Below, one piece after another: positions 10,585 through 23,700 of a DNA stretch of 64,000 bases. The notes beneath the pieces are model-generated. The model worked only from the letters and a program-made list of their open reading frames with translations, was not told the origin of the DNA and made no database searches. Source of the stretch: Podarcis tiliguerta (taxonomy: Eukaryota); assembly GCA_965153285.1 (NCBI GenBank), contig OZ229115.1, one strand, 5' to 3'. The first letter of the stretch is position 1. Every line of letters begins with the position of its first letter. The position numbers were made by a program, and so were the translations under genes.

Positions 10585-10688
10585 CAGGCATAGGCAAACT
10601 TAACCTTCCAGATGTTTTGGGACTACAACTAGGGATGATGGGAGTTGCAGTCCCAAAACATCTGGAGGGCCGAGTTTGGGGGTGCCTG
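10585..10688. mobile_element. Palindromic hAT-type MITE
   Basis: CAGGCA...TGCCTG ends; internal arms TCCAGATGTTTTGGGACT / AGTCCCAAAACATCTGGA. Confidence 0.75.
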
Positions 10689-11823
10689 TTGCAGCCCTTT
10701 GAATCTTTTTATAATATTTCATTGGTTTTCGTCTTATACACCTGCTATGGGTTAAAGTACATTGCTTGTAATGCTTCTCTACTCGCTTTCCATCTTCAGT
10801 GTTCTTCAGGCACATTATATATCATGATAGTTAAAACAAAGTAAAGTGGGATTGTTTAATCACACCACATTCAAGCACTCCCTAGTAAAGAATGCATTCA
10901 CAAATGGTTCTAAGAATACCTTATAATTCAAATGTGATTTTATTTTTGATGTTCTAGTGTGATTCATGAGCAATGGCAGCATGAGATGTGGCAATATTTA
11001 ATTCCTATGCTTGTTATCTACCTTTTGAAATAGCATGATCTCATGAACACGCAGCTTCATGCTTAAGTTTGTGAATTGACAGTATCTTGAAGATGTGCAC
11101 TAGTAGTCATCCATATCCACTTTTCTTACCGTAGAAAAACTTAGCATTTAGGCTGTCCTGGGGAAATGGCACCTCCCACATCGGAAAATATTAGCATGCT
11201 ATTTCTAGAACGGCTTGAAATGTCACTACCGTACTTGTCATTACCGAGAAAGCAATGATGAGCAGTGCAAAATGCCTCATAATCCTTCTTTCAAAAATGG
11301 GACCACATTTGTATTGAGCCATGGCTCAAGATCAGTTTCCTGGTCATGAGCCCATGAGCCCATGTTCAGAGAACATGCTAAGCCAAACCTTAGTGTGGCA
11401 GTAAAAGGAAGGGGAAGGAACAAAGTAGCTGTGAGCTCCTTTCCAGGTGTATGCAAGCTTGCACAGTCCCACCAAGTCATAGTTTGGCTTAGTGTGATTT
11501 TCACACCAGTTCAGCTGGTGGAATTCACATAGTAACAGTTCCTAAACATTATAGTTTAAGTAGGGTAGACAACCCCTCAATGAACGTGCCGTTTGTAAAA
11601 GCCTTCATATGGCAAGAGGAACATGCAGACTCTGCGAATCTCTAACATCAGCATCATCATTATATTGGAAGAAAAAAGTTCCCCCTCACTTCCAAAGTAC
11701 AGAAAGAGACAACATCTGGACACAAATAAAAACTGATACAATTTTTTCAGTTAAGTGCATATTTTTCTTCTGTTCACAGAAAAACAATGCAGGAGTTTAA
11801 TATACTAAATCAGAAGTATTTAC

Positions 11824-11872
11824 CTGTTGTGAATAGGTCCTCTGAACTTTGGGTCAAATTTCCTTGGTTCAC
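11824..11872 (-). CDS. SLC44A5: 49-nt internal coding exon of a choline transporter-like protein (CTL5)
   Basis: ttttaaatgcag|GTGAACCA...CACAACAG|gtaaat encodes (G)EPRKFDPKFRGPIHN(R), the N-terminal DPxFxGP..NR(xCTD) signature of SLC44A2/4/5. The EPRKFDP form and very long introns favour A5. Confidence 0.88.
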
Positions 11873-12633
11873 CTGCATTTAAAATAAAATATTATAAAGA
11901 TACAGCATAGTAAACAAAACAGAAAGTCAGGAATAATCTGTTATCAATTTGTCCTATGTTAAACTCTTATGAAAAACCTCACTAATTTATTGCTTAGTTT
12001 GATTCACAGGACAGCTTGCATAAGTGGCCCAAGTTTAGTTTAAGGAAGAGAAATCACGTGAAACTGTGGCAGTACACACACCATACATTTAAAGTACTCC
12101 CCCCCCCCATAAAAAAACCTCAAGACTGTCAAAGGTGCTGGGAACCGCAGCTCTATGAGAGATAAAAGTCAGTTATCTGGATTCTTTGCAGATACATGTG
12201 TACTTTAAATGAATGTTGTGTACACAGCCTGTATCTGTATCACTATGAACGGTACAACTGTGTCCACTCCATTAAACCATCATGTTGTCAAGGTTAAGTT
12301 GGAGAAAGCAGCCAGAAGTGAACCAGGAACTGAGTAACAGGGTGAGCTGAGGGACTAGGTAAGGGAGTCACAGTCAAAGAACACACAGAAACACACCAGA
12401 CCTCATGGTTTGGCATCAAGGAACTCTGTTCCTTGTGGGGGGGGGCGGAAAAAACGCCCACAACTCTATTCTAGAACACATGCTTTACATGCATAAAACC
12501 TTGGCAACAGATGTCAGAAAAATCCAGCAGCACTGTGGGAAGGGCTAACCTACTGCCTGAGACCTGCTGCTATACTGGTAGACAACACTGGGCTAGATAG
12601 ACCACTGGTTTACTAGCATAAGGCAGCATTGTA

Positions 12634-12875
12634 CAGTGGTACCTCAGGTTACATATGATTCACGTTACATACGCTTCAGGTTACAGACTCCATTAACCCA
12701 GAAATAGTGCTTCAGGTTAAGAACTTTGCTTCAGGATAAGAACAGAAATCGTGCTCTGGCAGCGTGGCGGCAGCAGGAGGCTCCATTAGCTAAAGTGGTG
12801 CTTCAGGTTAAGAACAGTTTCAGGTTAAGAACGGACCTCCGGAACAAATTAAGTACTTAACCTGAGGTACCACTC
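12634..12875. mobile_element. Tc1/mariner (pogo/Tigger-like) MITE
   Basis: TA|CAGTGGTACCTCAGGTTA ... TAACCTGAGGTACCACTC|TA; internal CAGGTTA repeats. Confidence 0.85.
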
Positions 12876-13068
12876 TATGTCTGACTATATATACATAAGA
12901 ACCAAACATGACCCTGAAATTGTGTGGTGAGTTGTACAAAGTGGAAGGAAGAAAGTGCTGTAGACACAACTTGCACTGTTGCAAGCAACTATATATTTTG
13001 TGCTTAATATTTGATATATGTGCAAATGACTAGAGAAGCTATAAGGAATGAAAAAGAATTGCGGACCC

Positions 13069-13563
13069 ACTCACAATGACCCCTCCCCCTAGGCAGGGGC
13101 ACATCTGCCACACACACCCCTAGGCAAGGCCTAGCCTGTGAAAGAGAACAAACTGGACAGGACAACATTCCGGGATTAAAAAATTGGCCACAACTTTATT
13201 GATTCCACATGTAGGTTGCTGGGCTTGGCTTAGGCATTGGGTGTATATCCTTCCAGCCCCGCTGGTGGAGGGCTGCCACATGGCAGGGTCAGACCCAGGA
13301 TTAATGGGTCCTCTGCAAGATGCAGGTCTGTACAGATGACCCTCCCAAGCCACTGAAGGTTTTTGGACAGAGACCCTAGGGTTGGGCACGGCTGGCCTTT
13401 ATGTGCTCCCAACCCCCACTCAACCTGGCTAGACCAGCTGGAATTTAAATCAAGCAGCTGGTGGGAAAGCCCACCAATCCACAGCGGCTAGGCTGGGAAT
13501 CACCCAGTCTGCCTGTCGTTGTTCCCAGGAATTGTTCCCTGGGAGTGCAAGTTCTCTGTGACA
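13069..13563 (-). mobile_element. Probable solo LTR
   Basis: The minus strand starts TGTCACAG and ends ...CATTGTGA(GT), a damaged TGTGACA. It has a TATA-like GGATATACA, then AATAAA at about 13195-13200. TSD poor. Confidence 0.55.
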
Positions 13564-14698
13564 GGCCAAAATAGCTGCCTACCCCACAACTGGGTAAGCA
13601 GCCATTCTAAGAGTCACCAGTTGTGTGAGCTTCATTCCACTGTTTCAAAGTACTGTATACAACAAGTCTGCACAATAGGCAACCATTTGCAGAACCAAAG
13701 AATTAACACGGGTTTGTTAAGTTTTGCCAGCCTACAGCTAGGTAAATCAGGAAAGACAGAGCAATTATCTTTTCGAGAAAACATGCAGTATAGTTCTTTC
13801 ATTTGTCTTAAAATTATCACTCTTTCCCAACGCGTTTCTTCAATGTGGGCTTGTGAGAGAAATAAAAACCCATTAAGCATTGCTGCCTTGAATTTGAAGC
13901 TACTTTTCTCTCAAACTACCCATTGAAAGTCTTAATTGCAAATGTTAAAATGAAATAAGAAGCTCTATTCACAGCCTTGCCTTCCCATATCCTATAAAAA
14001 TAATTTTACACCACATAATTTGCAGATTTATCTAGGTTTCAATGAAGATGAAATGCGATTTTGCTGGAGCTGTTATTTTCAGTGTGACTACAACTCAAGG
14101 GAGCTATGAAAAACAATAATTATGTGAAAAGTTGGGAACAAATGTCCTTCCTTTTATAACACACTTAACTTGAGGACAATTCACATAGCCCTCAACATGC
14201 ATTTAGGATTTTTGTTTATGTCCACATTTTAAAAAAACACCACCCCTGTTTCAACATAAGCTTCTCATTATATCATCCACAACAACCTGGTTCAAAACAC
14301 TTTTTGAAGCCCCCCCCCCCCCCCCCCCAGAATACAGCTAGCTAGAATCTGGAAATGTACCAAACCATCCAAAAAAAGAGTCAACACACTAAGCAGCATT
14401 GAAGTACACATTTAGTGCCAACCTCAACATGCACACACAAAAATGAATGAGCTGTCACATCCTATCAAGAAAGAAACGCATGAAAAAATGAATATGTAAC
14501 TGTAACAGAAAGTCAGACGCCTTAAATTGGCCTTTTGTTAATTTGAGGGAGACCGTGCTTGTCTGTCTAACAGTTTCACTGTTCAAGTTATTAGTTGTCA
14601 TTTTCTTCTTATTATGTAATATTATGTGAAATAACTTTATTGTCCACAGCTGACTTGGTTAAATGTTGGAATGATGCACAGAAATTGAACCAAAGTTA

Positions 14699-15050
14699 AA
14701 AAGGTAAAGGGACCCCGACCATTAGGTCCAGTCATGACCGACTCTGGAGTTGTGGCGCTCATCTCGCTTTATTGGCTGAGGGAGCCAGCGTACAGCTTCC
14801 AGGTCATATGGCCAGCATGACTAAGCCGCTTCTGGCGAACCAGAGCAGCGCACGGAAATGCCGTTTACCTTCCGCCAGAGCGGTACCTATTTATCTACTT
14901 GCACTCTGATGTGCTTTTGAACTGCTAGGTTGGCAGGAGCAGGGACCGAGCAACAGGAGTTCACCCTGTCACGGGGATTCGAACCGCCGACCTTCTGATG
15001 GGCAAGTCCTAGGCTCTGTGGTTTAACCCACAGTGCCACCCGTGTCCCAC
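14699..15050 (-). mobile_element. Sauria SINE
   Basis: Head GGGACACGGGTGGCACTGTGG, B-box GGTTCGAATCCC, (ACCTTT) tail, 12-bp TSD GAACCAAAGTTA (14687-14698, 15051-15062). Confidence 0.92.
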
Positions 15051-15099
15051 GAACCAAAGTTATACAGCAATTAATGAAAAAGGAGCTCACAATATCAGG

Positions 15100-15101
15100 C
15101 T

Positions 15102-15136
<35 letters not shown>

Positions 15137-15138
15137 TT
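15100..15138. repeat. (TTTA)n microsatellite
   Basis: direct reading. Confidence 0.9.
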
Positions 15139-15690
15139 GGATTATGTGAAATCTAGCTTTCGTGGATGAAGTAGCAAACATTCATATCTCCCAAAAGTAT
15201 TTTTAAAAAATATATGTAGGTGGGCAAATAATATTGGAAGTGTAAAGACAATAAATTTCTCTTTGTAAAATCCATTTATTCAAGACACTCCTTGCTTATG
15301 TAGTATTTACGTGACCATTCACATTAAATGATCAAATGATTAACATCTTTCCACAATGTTTATGGTATTAAAAAACTGAACTCAGGTCCTGCTCACAGGC
15401 TATTTCCTGTAGGCACCCAATTGACCACTTTGAGAACAGAATGCTGCACTAAATGGGCCACTGGCCTGATCTAGCAGGCCTCTTCTTAGCTCTCTTATTT
15501 CTTGATGCCTTAACCATGAACCAGACATTTCTTCCTCTATGCTATTTGCTGCAAACCAAATAGCATCATAAAATGTTCTTCATTGCTATAATATATTTCA
15601 AGGTATAAGAAATGGTTCCACATCTAAATTTCTCATTTTTAAAAATTGCTGTGCACTTTTGCCTATCTATGAAATGTTATACTGCCAAAC

Positions 15691-15830
15691 TAATAATAAT
15701 AATAATAGTAATAATAATAGTAATTGTACCCCACCCATCTGACTGGGTTGCCCCAGCCACTCTGGGCAGCTTCTGACAGAAATAAAAACATAATAAAACA
15801 TTAAACATTAAAAACCTTCTCTATACAGGT
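15691..15830 (-). mobile_element. L2-type LINE 3' end with (ATT)n tail
   Basis: Minus strand ...AAGCTGCCCAGAGTGGCTGGGGCAACCCAGTCAGATGGGTGGGGTAC followed by a TAT/ATT tail. Confidence 0.65.
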
Positions 15831-18800
15831 AAACTGCATAAGGTGTGGTTGTTGTTGTTGTTTCCAAATTCTGTATCCAAATATCCAAATCACTGTCCTG
15901 GCTCCTACTGGATGAAGAACTCAAACTCAGATTACAGTTTCTACCAAATATTTAATACTCATATCAATGCAATACATAAGCAGGATAAAGTTGAAAGGCA
16001 CAGCAGGTACAATGCATAGTTAGACAACTGAAGACATTCATCCAACAAGTGACATGCTCCCTGTAATTTTGAGTGGAGGGGGGGGGCCTAATTTAGTGCA
16101 ACCAACAAGGCTGTTCCTTAGACTTGGCAAGCAAATGCTCACTCCTCCAGGAAGGCTGGGCCTGACCTGTCTGTTCATGCCTGGCCTGCCTTCTCTGTGA
16201 CCTAGTAGGTGATGGAGGAGGTGTGAGAGACTCCTCTAGAGTAAACAGCATGAACAGGGCAGTCACCTGCTCTTAAGAGGCTGAACTTGAGTTGGGCTCC
16301 AGTGGTTCCAGAGGCAAGGATGGACTAACAAGCAAGGTGTCCAAATTTGAGATGGACCCTAGTGACTCAGGTGACAGAGGTATTGCCATGCTGCATGACT
16401 GAGCCCATCTGACCCCATTGGAACCCTCCCCAGGATTATTACATTAACACAAAGACATATTTTTTAAAAACAACAACACACCATATAATGAAAACTGGAA
16501 ATGAAATAAATTAATTAAATTGAGGTGTTAATCAACAAGGTCGCATTCGAAATCCTGGGGTGCATTGCCCCTTCCCACTTCCTTTCAAGCCTCTCATCTT
16601 TTAATCACATTTTTATTGCAGTACTAATGGCAAAGTCTTAAGGAATTCAATAGAGATTAAAGCTCCAGTCCACAGCACACTTAAAATGGAGCAATGGTGC
16701 TGACTTCAATGCAAACACTTCCATAATAAATGTGCTTTGTGTTTCCCATCCTAATCAACAACGGTCCGTAGATACAAATTGCATCTCTCTTTCTCAAAGT
16801 TGTAGGATGGAACTGAAGAAAGACTGTTCTTAGAGTTTTATGTCATTATATCAATATTGATAGAAAATCATATTTCAGGCAGTGAATTTGGTGTGTTGGT
16901 TTAAGCTATCTATGAAAAGAATCCATTCTAATTAAATTGATTCCCTCCCCTTCCCCCAAGCGGCATCTCTTTTGGGAAGTTGTCTCCTCCTAACCTTTGT
17001 CGACCACAATCCCTGTTGTATTCTTACCGTACCAGGCTACTCTAAGGAATTGCATGTATTCAAATTCTATTCTACAAACTCTAATGCATGCAAACAACTT
17101 GATATGTGTGAATAGCTGCACTGGGCTCAGTGGGGCCAGCTTACACTCATAAAGCAATACATATAAAATGTTTGTGAGACAGCAATTGTTTGCATTTCAA
17201 GCTATAATTATAGGAAAAGATACAATGAACCAAGCTCATTCCCTCAAAGAGGCTTTAATCATAGGTGAATCCAGTATTCGACATTTTTGCTTTTTCTATG
17301 CAACAATGACAGCTCGAAAATTGAGTTTTTTGTCCTTGTATGGCAAGATTGCTCATTACAGGGATCAACACACCAAAAGATTTCTCACTTGATCCCTGCA
17401 AATCAATGTGGAGCATTGCTCTTCCTTATGAAGCTACACATTTTAATTGCACAACTAATAGAATATTTATGCTGAGTGGCCACATGGGTGTCAAACGTTA
17501 GACTTGTTTCTCTTATAAAACCAGCTGCTTTTGTACACTACACTATTCTGCTTCCATCAGAGGCAATTAAAGAGAGGTGTGCCGGTTGGGAATAGACACT
17601 CTTTAAACAGGACAAGCAGTCAATCCTTCTTTTGGTACATCTCAATTAGATGCACTTCAGCTTTGCATCTTAAACCGAACTCCCATATGTTCCTGAGCAA
17701 AGGAGCATTGTTTGGTCTGTTATCAGACAGCAGAAGAGAATGAGTTGTGGACAGCAGCAGAAGATGGCTGGAATATGGGTTGGTGGTGAAAAGTTGAGAG
17801 CAAGTGCCAACTATACAAAAAGGCCTGGGAGGATCAGTTAGTACCAGTGGCAAGGCAGAAAGCAAGAAACATGAGACAAAGGGCAAGAAAGAAAGCCATA
17901 CTAGTACAGTACTAGACATAAAATTTACCTGGCTGGAAATGAAAAGACAAAATTGTCCCTTGGGCAGGTAGTGCTATGTGCCTGCAGGCAACTTATCCAG
18001 TATAGCACCAGGGGGCAGTCCCCGAGAACTGAACTCTGTATTCTCTTCATTATCCTTAAAATAAAGTGCTTGAGCAGCCACTTGGTCATGTTTTTCCAAC
18101 CAGAAAGCGTGAGTGAATCTAGCTAACAGAGACAATAATCAGTGTTGGAAAATGTACAACAATAAAAATGAGAAAGCAAAATAGTAAGGGGGCTGAAGGA
18201 GTAAGAGTTGTGGAATGAGGTTTTGGAGTAGTCTGATTATTCGGCAGATAAATGGACAGAGCGATTTCTCCTGCTCTGTTCTGACAACAAAAGTCTTTGC
18301 AATCCCCTTTCAGCTCATCTAGAACTATTTCCTAAGTCCAGAAAGGGCTTCCAATAGATCTTAAGAAGGGAAGCAATTAAACAGGTACAAAGCAGCATTT
18401 CTAAACACAGACAGTAGTGCAGAACTGCAAAAGACCGTGTAATTTAAAAATCTTGCTACTTTAAAAGCACAAATATGTCAATTCTCCCCCCTCCATATAT
18501 TTGAGGAATTAACGTCAAAATTTCATTAAGAAGAGGCCCATTTAATATGTTTTATTTAAAACAAAAGCACAATGCCCTATGACTGTACAGCAAGCATATA
18601 AAGGTCTGAGCCCAAAAGGATAAAGAGATGAGCAAATGAATAAAGAGGTTTATAATGGAACTCTGTAACATAATATAAATGATAGCATTTGCTATTGCCG
18701 AGGCTAATGAATATATATTCACATGCATAGCACTTTGGTACCCTTCTGGATGAACGATGCCATATAAAAAGCAATATATGGCTCTCAAGGGCTAGTGAAC

Positions 18801-20236
18801 TGTCTTCTTGAACTACTACTGCTCAGCTGTGGCATATGGCCAATAGTGATATTAAACCATTAAGGTTTGCTGTTCCCTTGATATGGTGTGTGAATCACAG
18901 TGCAGTGCAATTTCCCACATACAGAAAGATAGGGGGGGTACACTGATCTTGAAATTCAGCCAGATTCCTAACCCTTGAATCAGAGACACACGACCTAGAA
19001 AATGTAGGAACTATATCATTGATGGCTTAAGCTTTCTGAGATCATACACACTTACACATCACTGGGATATTACTGGATGCATCATTGTACCTTAAGCACT
19101 GGAGAGCGGGGTTTACTTCTTCTTGCTCAAAGGCTCACTGTCCCTTATTCTCCCCAACTTGACAGATGAGAGGATGTGGTTGGCTCCTCTCACATTGTAC
19201 TAAGCCGGCAACCTTACCACTGGGGCATGGTCCCTATTCCATAAGCACATAAAATTACAAGACTGGGCCATTCCATGGAAGATAAACAATTTCGTGGGTC
19301 TAAGTGATAAGCCATATTGAAATGTCCTCTAAAGAAGAAGTGAAAGCTACTTGTGGAAATAAATATAGAGAAATCCCAAAATTTCAGCACAATTGTGATT
19401 TGCTACTAGGCTGCCCTCTGCAAAACAAATGGCATCAAAGAACAGAGAAGCTCAAGCTTTTTCTAACTCAGGTGTTTTAGTTTTATTTTAGTTTTTCAGC
19501 TTTGGCTGGAAGAGTGTGACTTATCACAGCCCACTTTAGTCCAGGGTTAAAACTACATGTTGAGGGTCAAGTTGCATATTAGACAGTGGTTTACAAAAGC
19601 CCTACAATATATCTTAGGGCTTAGGATGAAACAGAAGTTTGCTACAACCCTGCTGTGTTGTCTGCAATTGTTACTCTCACACTGCAAGTTGGGAGTATTG
19701 TAAGAGAGATGAGGTGAGGGGTTTGTGGCTATCCTGCTATGTACATTGCTGCAAGTATTGCAGTTCATAGGCTGGGATGAGGCTTGTATGTATTGCAAGC
19801 CAATTATCACTCATATAAAACTCAGACTGCAGCAAAGTCAATCTACTTAGGACCTCTCCCAGGCAAACTCTAATCCTCAATTGTATGCCTCCTGCTCTGC
19901 TGACTTGCTTTTACAATGATGGGTTGATCAGCTGACCTGTTGACAGGTATTACTTTTAAATACCAGAGAACTCAAATCACCGAATAGCACATATAAAATA
20001 AGAAATGGGTTAGAAAGAACACTAGTTCTTCTCTTTGCTGGTACATTTAATTTGGGTTGTAATGTCTGCTGCCCAATCACAGCTACACTAAAATATTAGC
20101 TTTTCCAGTAAATTTCTATGGAAAGCTAGCACTTCCACCATGTCTTTAAAAGTTCTATTAAAATCAGAAATGAATTAACTGGTTTACAGCACAGTCCAAC
20201 ACAGTCCCAAAGAGTTCAATTGCACTTACTCACAAG

Positions 20237-20370
20237 CAGGGCTTTTTCCAGCTGGAACTCGCCAGAATTCAGTTCCAGCACCTCTCAGACAGGCACCATT
20301 GCCATTATAAGAGAACAAGGGAGGCGTTCATGGTGAGTTTTGGCACCTCTTTTTCTAGAAAAACAGCACT
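20237..20370. mobile_element. Short hAT-like non-autonomous element
   Basis: CAGGGCTTTTTC...AAAAACAGCACTG imperfect TIRs; a related end is seen at about 31699. Confidence 0.55.
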
Positions 20371-20532
20371 GCTCATATATGATTTCAGCCACAGTGCAGT
20401 AAGTAGAAAGCTGATTTGTGAAAACACGACAATTTCCTGCAACAACTTTAAAAAACAGACAAGATCTAGTGTTTAATGTATCTGAGCAATATTTTGCTTT
20501 CCACTATGAACATCTGGGCCACTTATTGTATA

Positions 20533-20767
20533 CAGTGGTACCTCAGGTTAAGTACTTAATTCGTTCCGGAGGTCCATTCTTAACCTGAAACTGTTCTTAA
20601 CCTGAAGCACCACTTTAGCTAATGGGGCCTCCTGCCGCCGCCGCACCACCGGAACATGTTCTCATCCTGAAGCAATGTTCTTAGCCTGAAGCACTACTTC
20701 TGGGTTAGCAGAGTCTGTAACCTGATGTGTATGTAACTTGAAGCGTATGTAACCCGAGGTACTACTG
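20533..20767. mobile_element. Tc1/mariner MITE, same family as 12634-12875, inverted orientation
   Basis: TA|CAGTGGTACCTCAGGTTA ... GAGGTACTACTG; internal sequence is the reverse complement of the 12634 copy. Confidence 0.85.
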
Positions 20768-23700
20768 CACAGGGGATCTGAACCTGCTTTCCTGATGACC
20801 AGTTAGTTCATATGAAGCTATCAAAGGTAATTTTTATTCTTAAGGTTTGGCTTGTACCACTAACCATGGACAAAGTATAATTCTGAGCCAATATGTAAAA
20901 TAACTTTTGAATAATTATGGTTTCAAGTGTTCAAATTTCACAGAGACTATCTCAGTAATCCTTATAGCAACTTTGGAACAACACAATAGTTTACAGTATT
21001 ATATTCCCATGTTGCAGATGTGAGACTAAGATGGGGAAAATACAGCTTGCCTAAAGCTCCCTTGTGACTTGAAGGAGATATTTGAACAGCAGGCTTCCAA
21101 AGTAAAAATGTTTATATACACAAACAATCTCGACTTGTCTTTGAACCCATGCCTAAAATCCTTTTTGTGAATAGGCTGGTCTTGGTTATACCTCATAGCA
21201 ATTTCCAACATCATGGAGAAATTTTCCTAGCTGCCACATTCCCAGGAATTGATGCTGCCCATATACATAATTAGCTGGTTCACATGAGCCATTTTTTCAT
21301 GTGAGTGCCTACCCAGAGACAGTCAGGAAAATTCACATGTAAAAATAAACCGTTGTATAAACTAGCCTTCTAGAATGGCAGAATGCAACCTTTAAAAAGT
21401 TATTTTTATTATTAATAACATATTACTAGCACAGAGAGAGAGCACATTTTTTTTCTTTTGCAAATGGGCACATAAACAGGCTATTTAAAGCATAGCACAC
21501 ACAGTAAACCAGTGTTACTTCTATGTGGACTGTGTTGGCAGTAACATAGGAAACCTCCAAGGCAAGGGGAGGAAATGTGAGGTGGATTAATAGGTACTTT
21601 GTTCAGACTTCTTGTTTACTTCACTGCATTGGGGGCAGCTATGTTAAATAATAGAATTTCTTAACTTCAATCCGTGCACCAAAGATTGACAGAGGAAAAA
21701 TATTTAGGATGAGTCAATTTATCAGGAATTCACTGTGCATTTCTGCAGCTGGTGATAGCATCTTTCCAGCAACTTCTTATCTTCCACAGGTTACTGATGA
21801 CAGTTAAATTAAAGTAGCTTATCACTTCTGCTTCTCACTATTTTATGGAAAGATGTGAGATAAAAACCCAAGAAAATGTCACAGGCTTTGCTAAGGTAAT
21901 CTAGGAAAACTAGGTATGGTAGCACATATTTCCTATCTATCAGCTAGGTGTGTTAATGTCTAACATTCTTTACCACATTATACCTGCATTACCTTCTGGC
22001 TTGTGTTAGAAAATACTGACAGCTGACTATGGCCCAGTTCACATGTCGACACACTCATCAAGATATTAAAGCTTGGTGTATATAATATGGCTATGCTACT
22101 TGCACCATTAACAGGTTTATGAACCTCATTCTTTCAGCATTCTTTACAACACACCACTGATTCTTTCCTTCAGAGGATACATGGACATTCAGTGAAGCTA
22201 CTCTTAAATCCCATTTGCTAGGGGGGAGAAAACATGATTTGTGCCCACTGCTGACAGTTTACGTCAAAGGAATTTAGGATGCAACCCTATACACAGTTTC
22301 CTAGAGTAAGTTATATTGAACTCAGTGAGGCTTATTCTGAGCACACTTCATAGGACTGTGCTGCCAGAGAACATTTTCTCTCTTTTTGGGGGTGGAGAGG
22401 GATGAATTTTACCGATTAACAAAAGTGAAATTTTGTCCTGCTTCATATCAGAAAACCTTCACAGCACACAAGCCCTGCTCTGTAAACTGAGGGAGCTCCC
22501 TTGTTTCTGTTTGCATTGTAGCAAATATGTTCTCTTCCATGCCAATAACCAACAAAAACATATTTTTGCCACACAAGAACCTTGGCAGCTAATAGCTTTG
22601 GAACAGATGTATGTGATAAAAACTGCTGGCTGGTACAGAACACAAATTACCCTGTCACACAGAAATCCTTCAGACCAAAACCAAGCTTATAAGGGAAATA
22701 TAAAGGTACCCAATGTGCTATGCAGTTGCCTATACTCCATTAAGTTGCAGAACTTCCTTCAGGTATGCTCATTTAGAACTTGAAAGTTACTGTACCTAGA
22801 ATCATAAAACTAAAGAGCTGGCAAGGACCCCAAGGACCATTTAGTGCAACCCCCTGAGAGCATGAGAACAATTTCTTTCCTACACACAATTGGAGGGAAA
22901 TGGGAAAAGGATCTGCATAGCTATGTGGTGATGTGGCAGAGACCTGTCTTATAATCCTCTTCATTAATCCATCAGCATTTATCCAACAGGAGCAAATGTT
23001 TATATATTTGCATGGTTACATCCAGGTGTATCCGTATATCAAACACAGGTATGAAATATTTATGTAGAACTGGCAAATTTTTGCATTTCAGACATAGTTT
23101 CTTGTCTCTTTAGGACCATAATAAGTCAAGGTTTCAAAAAGACTAGAGGATCCTCATACATAATTTCCTCCATATGCTTTTATTTTGCCCTACATTATGC
23201 TGCAGCAGCATCAACAGCAGCAATTTCCTGAATGCTCAGGATAGCTACATGAAACAGAATGGTTGATAATGTAGCCAGTGGGGCCAAGTGCACACCAGGT
23301 TTCTTTTTCCAAGAAGTTATTCTACTTTTTATAATGACTCCATTCCTCTTAGCAAAACAGAATTCATAATAACTTCCTTAAGCCTTAGTATGCATGACAC
23401 ACCTCTATTGGTTTCCTATCATATTAAAAAGGAAAAATTAAGCATTTGGGGATCAGATGTGACTGTTAGAATACCACTCCAGTAAAACCCAATACCTGTT
23501 AATTTACTAACGAACAAGGGCATAGTAGATTAAGTGCTCCATACTCTGATCTCATAGTAGTAAGGGGTGTGGTTTTTTATTACTCACAAAGCAAACAAAT
23601 TTCACAAGTTGAAGACAACAGTGTTCGCTGAAAAAAGTAAAACACTGCATTATTACAAACACCTTCAAAAACTCTTCCGGAAATGACAGCTCTCTACTGA

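Noticed and set aside
11122-11200. Minus-strand donor TACG|gtaaga
   Set aside because: Lies downstream of the 49-nt exon, and there is no convincing ORF or acceptor
16062-16443. TGTAAT...ATTACA-bounded GC-richer block, possible solo LTR
   Set aside because: No TSD and no clear poly(A) signal
19558-19945. Possible old solo LTR (TGTTGA...TTGACA)
   Set aside because: Imperfect termini and no TSD
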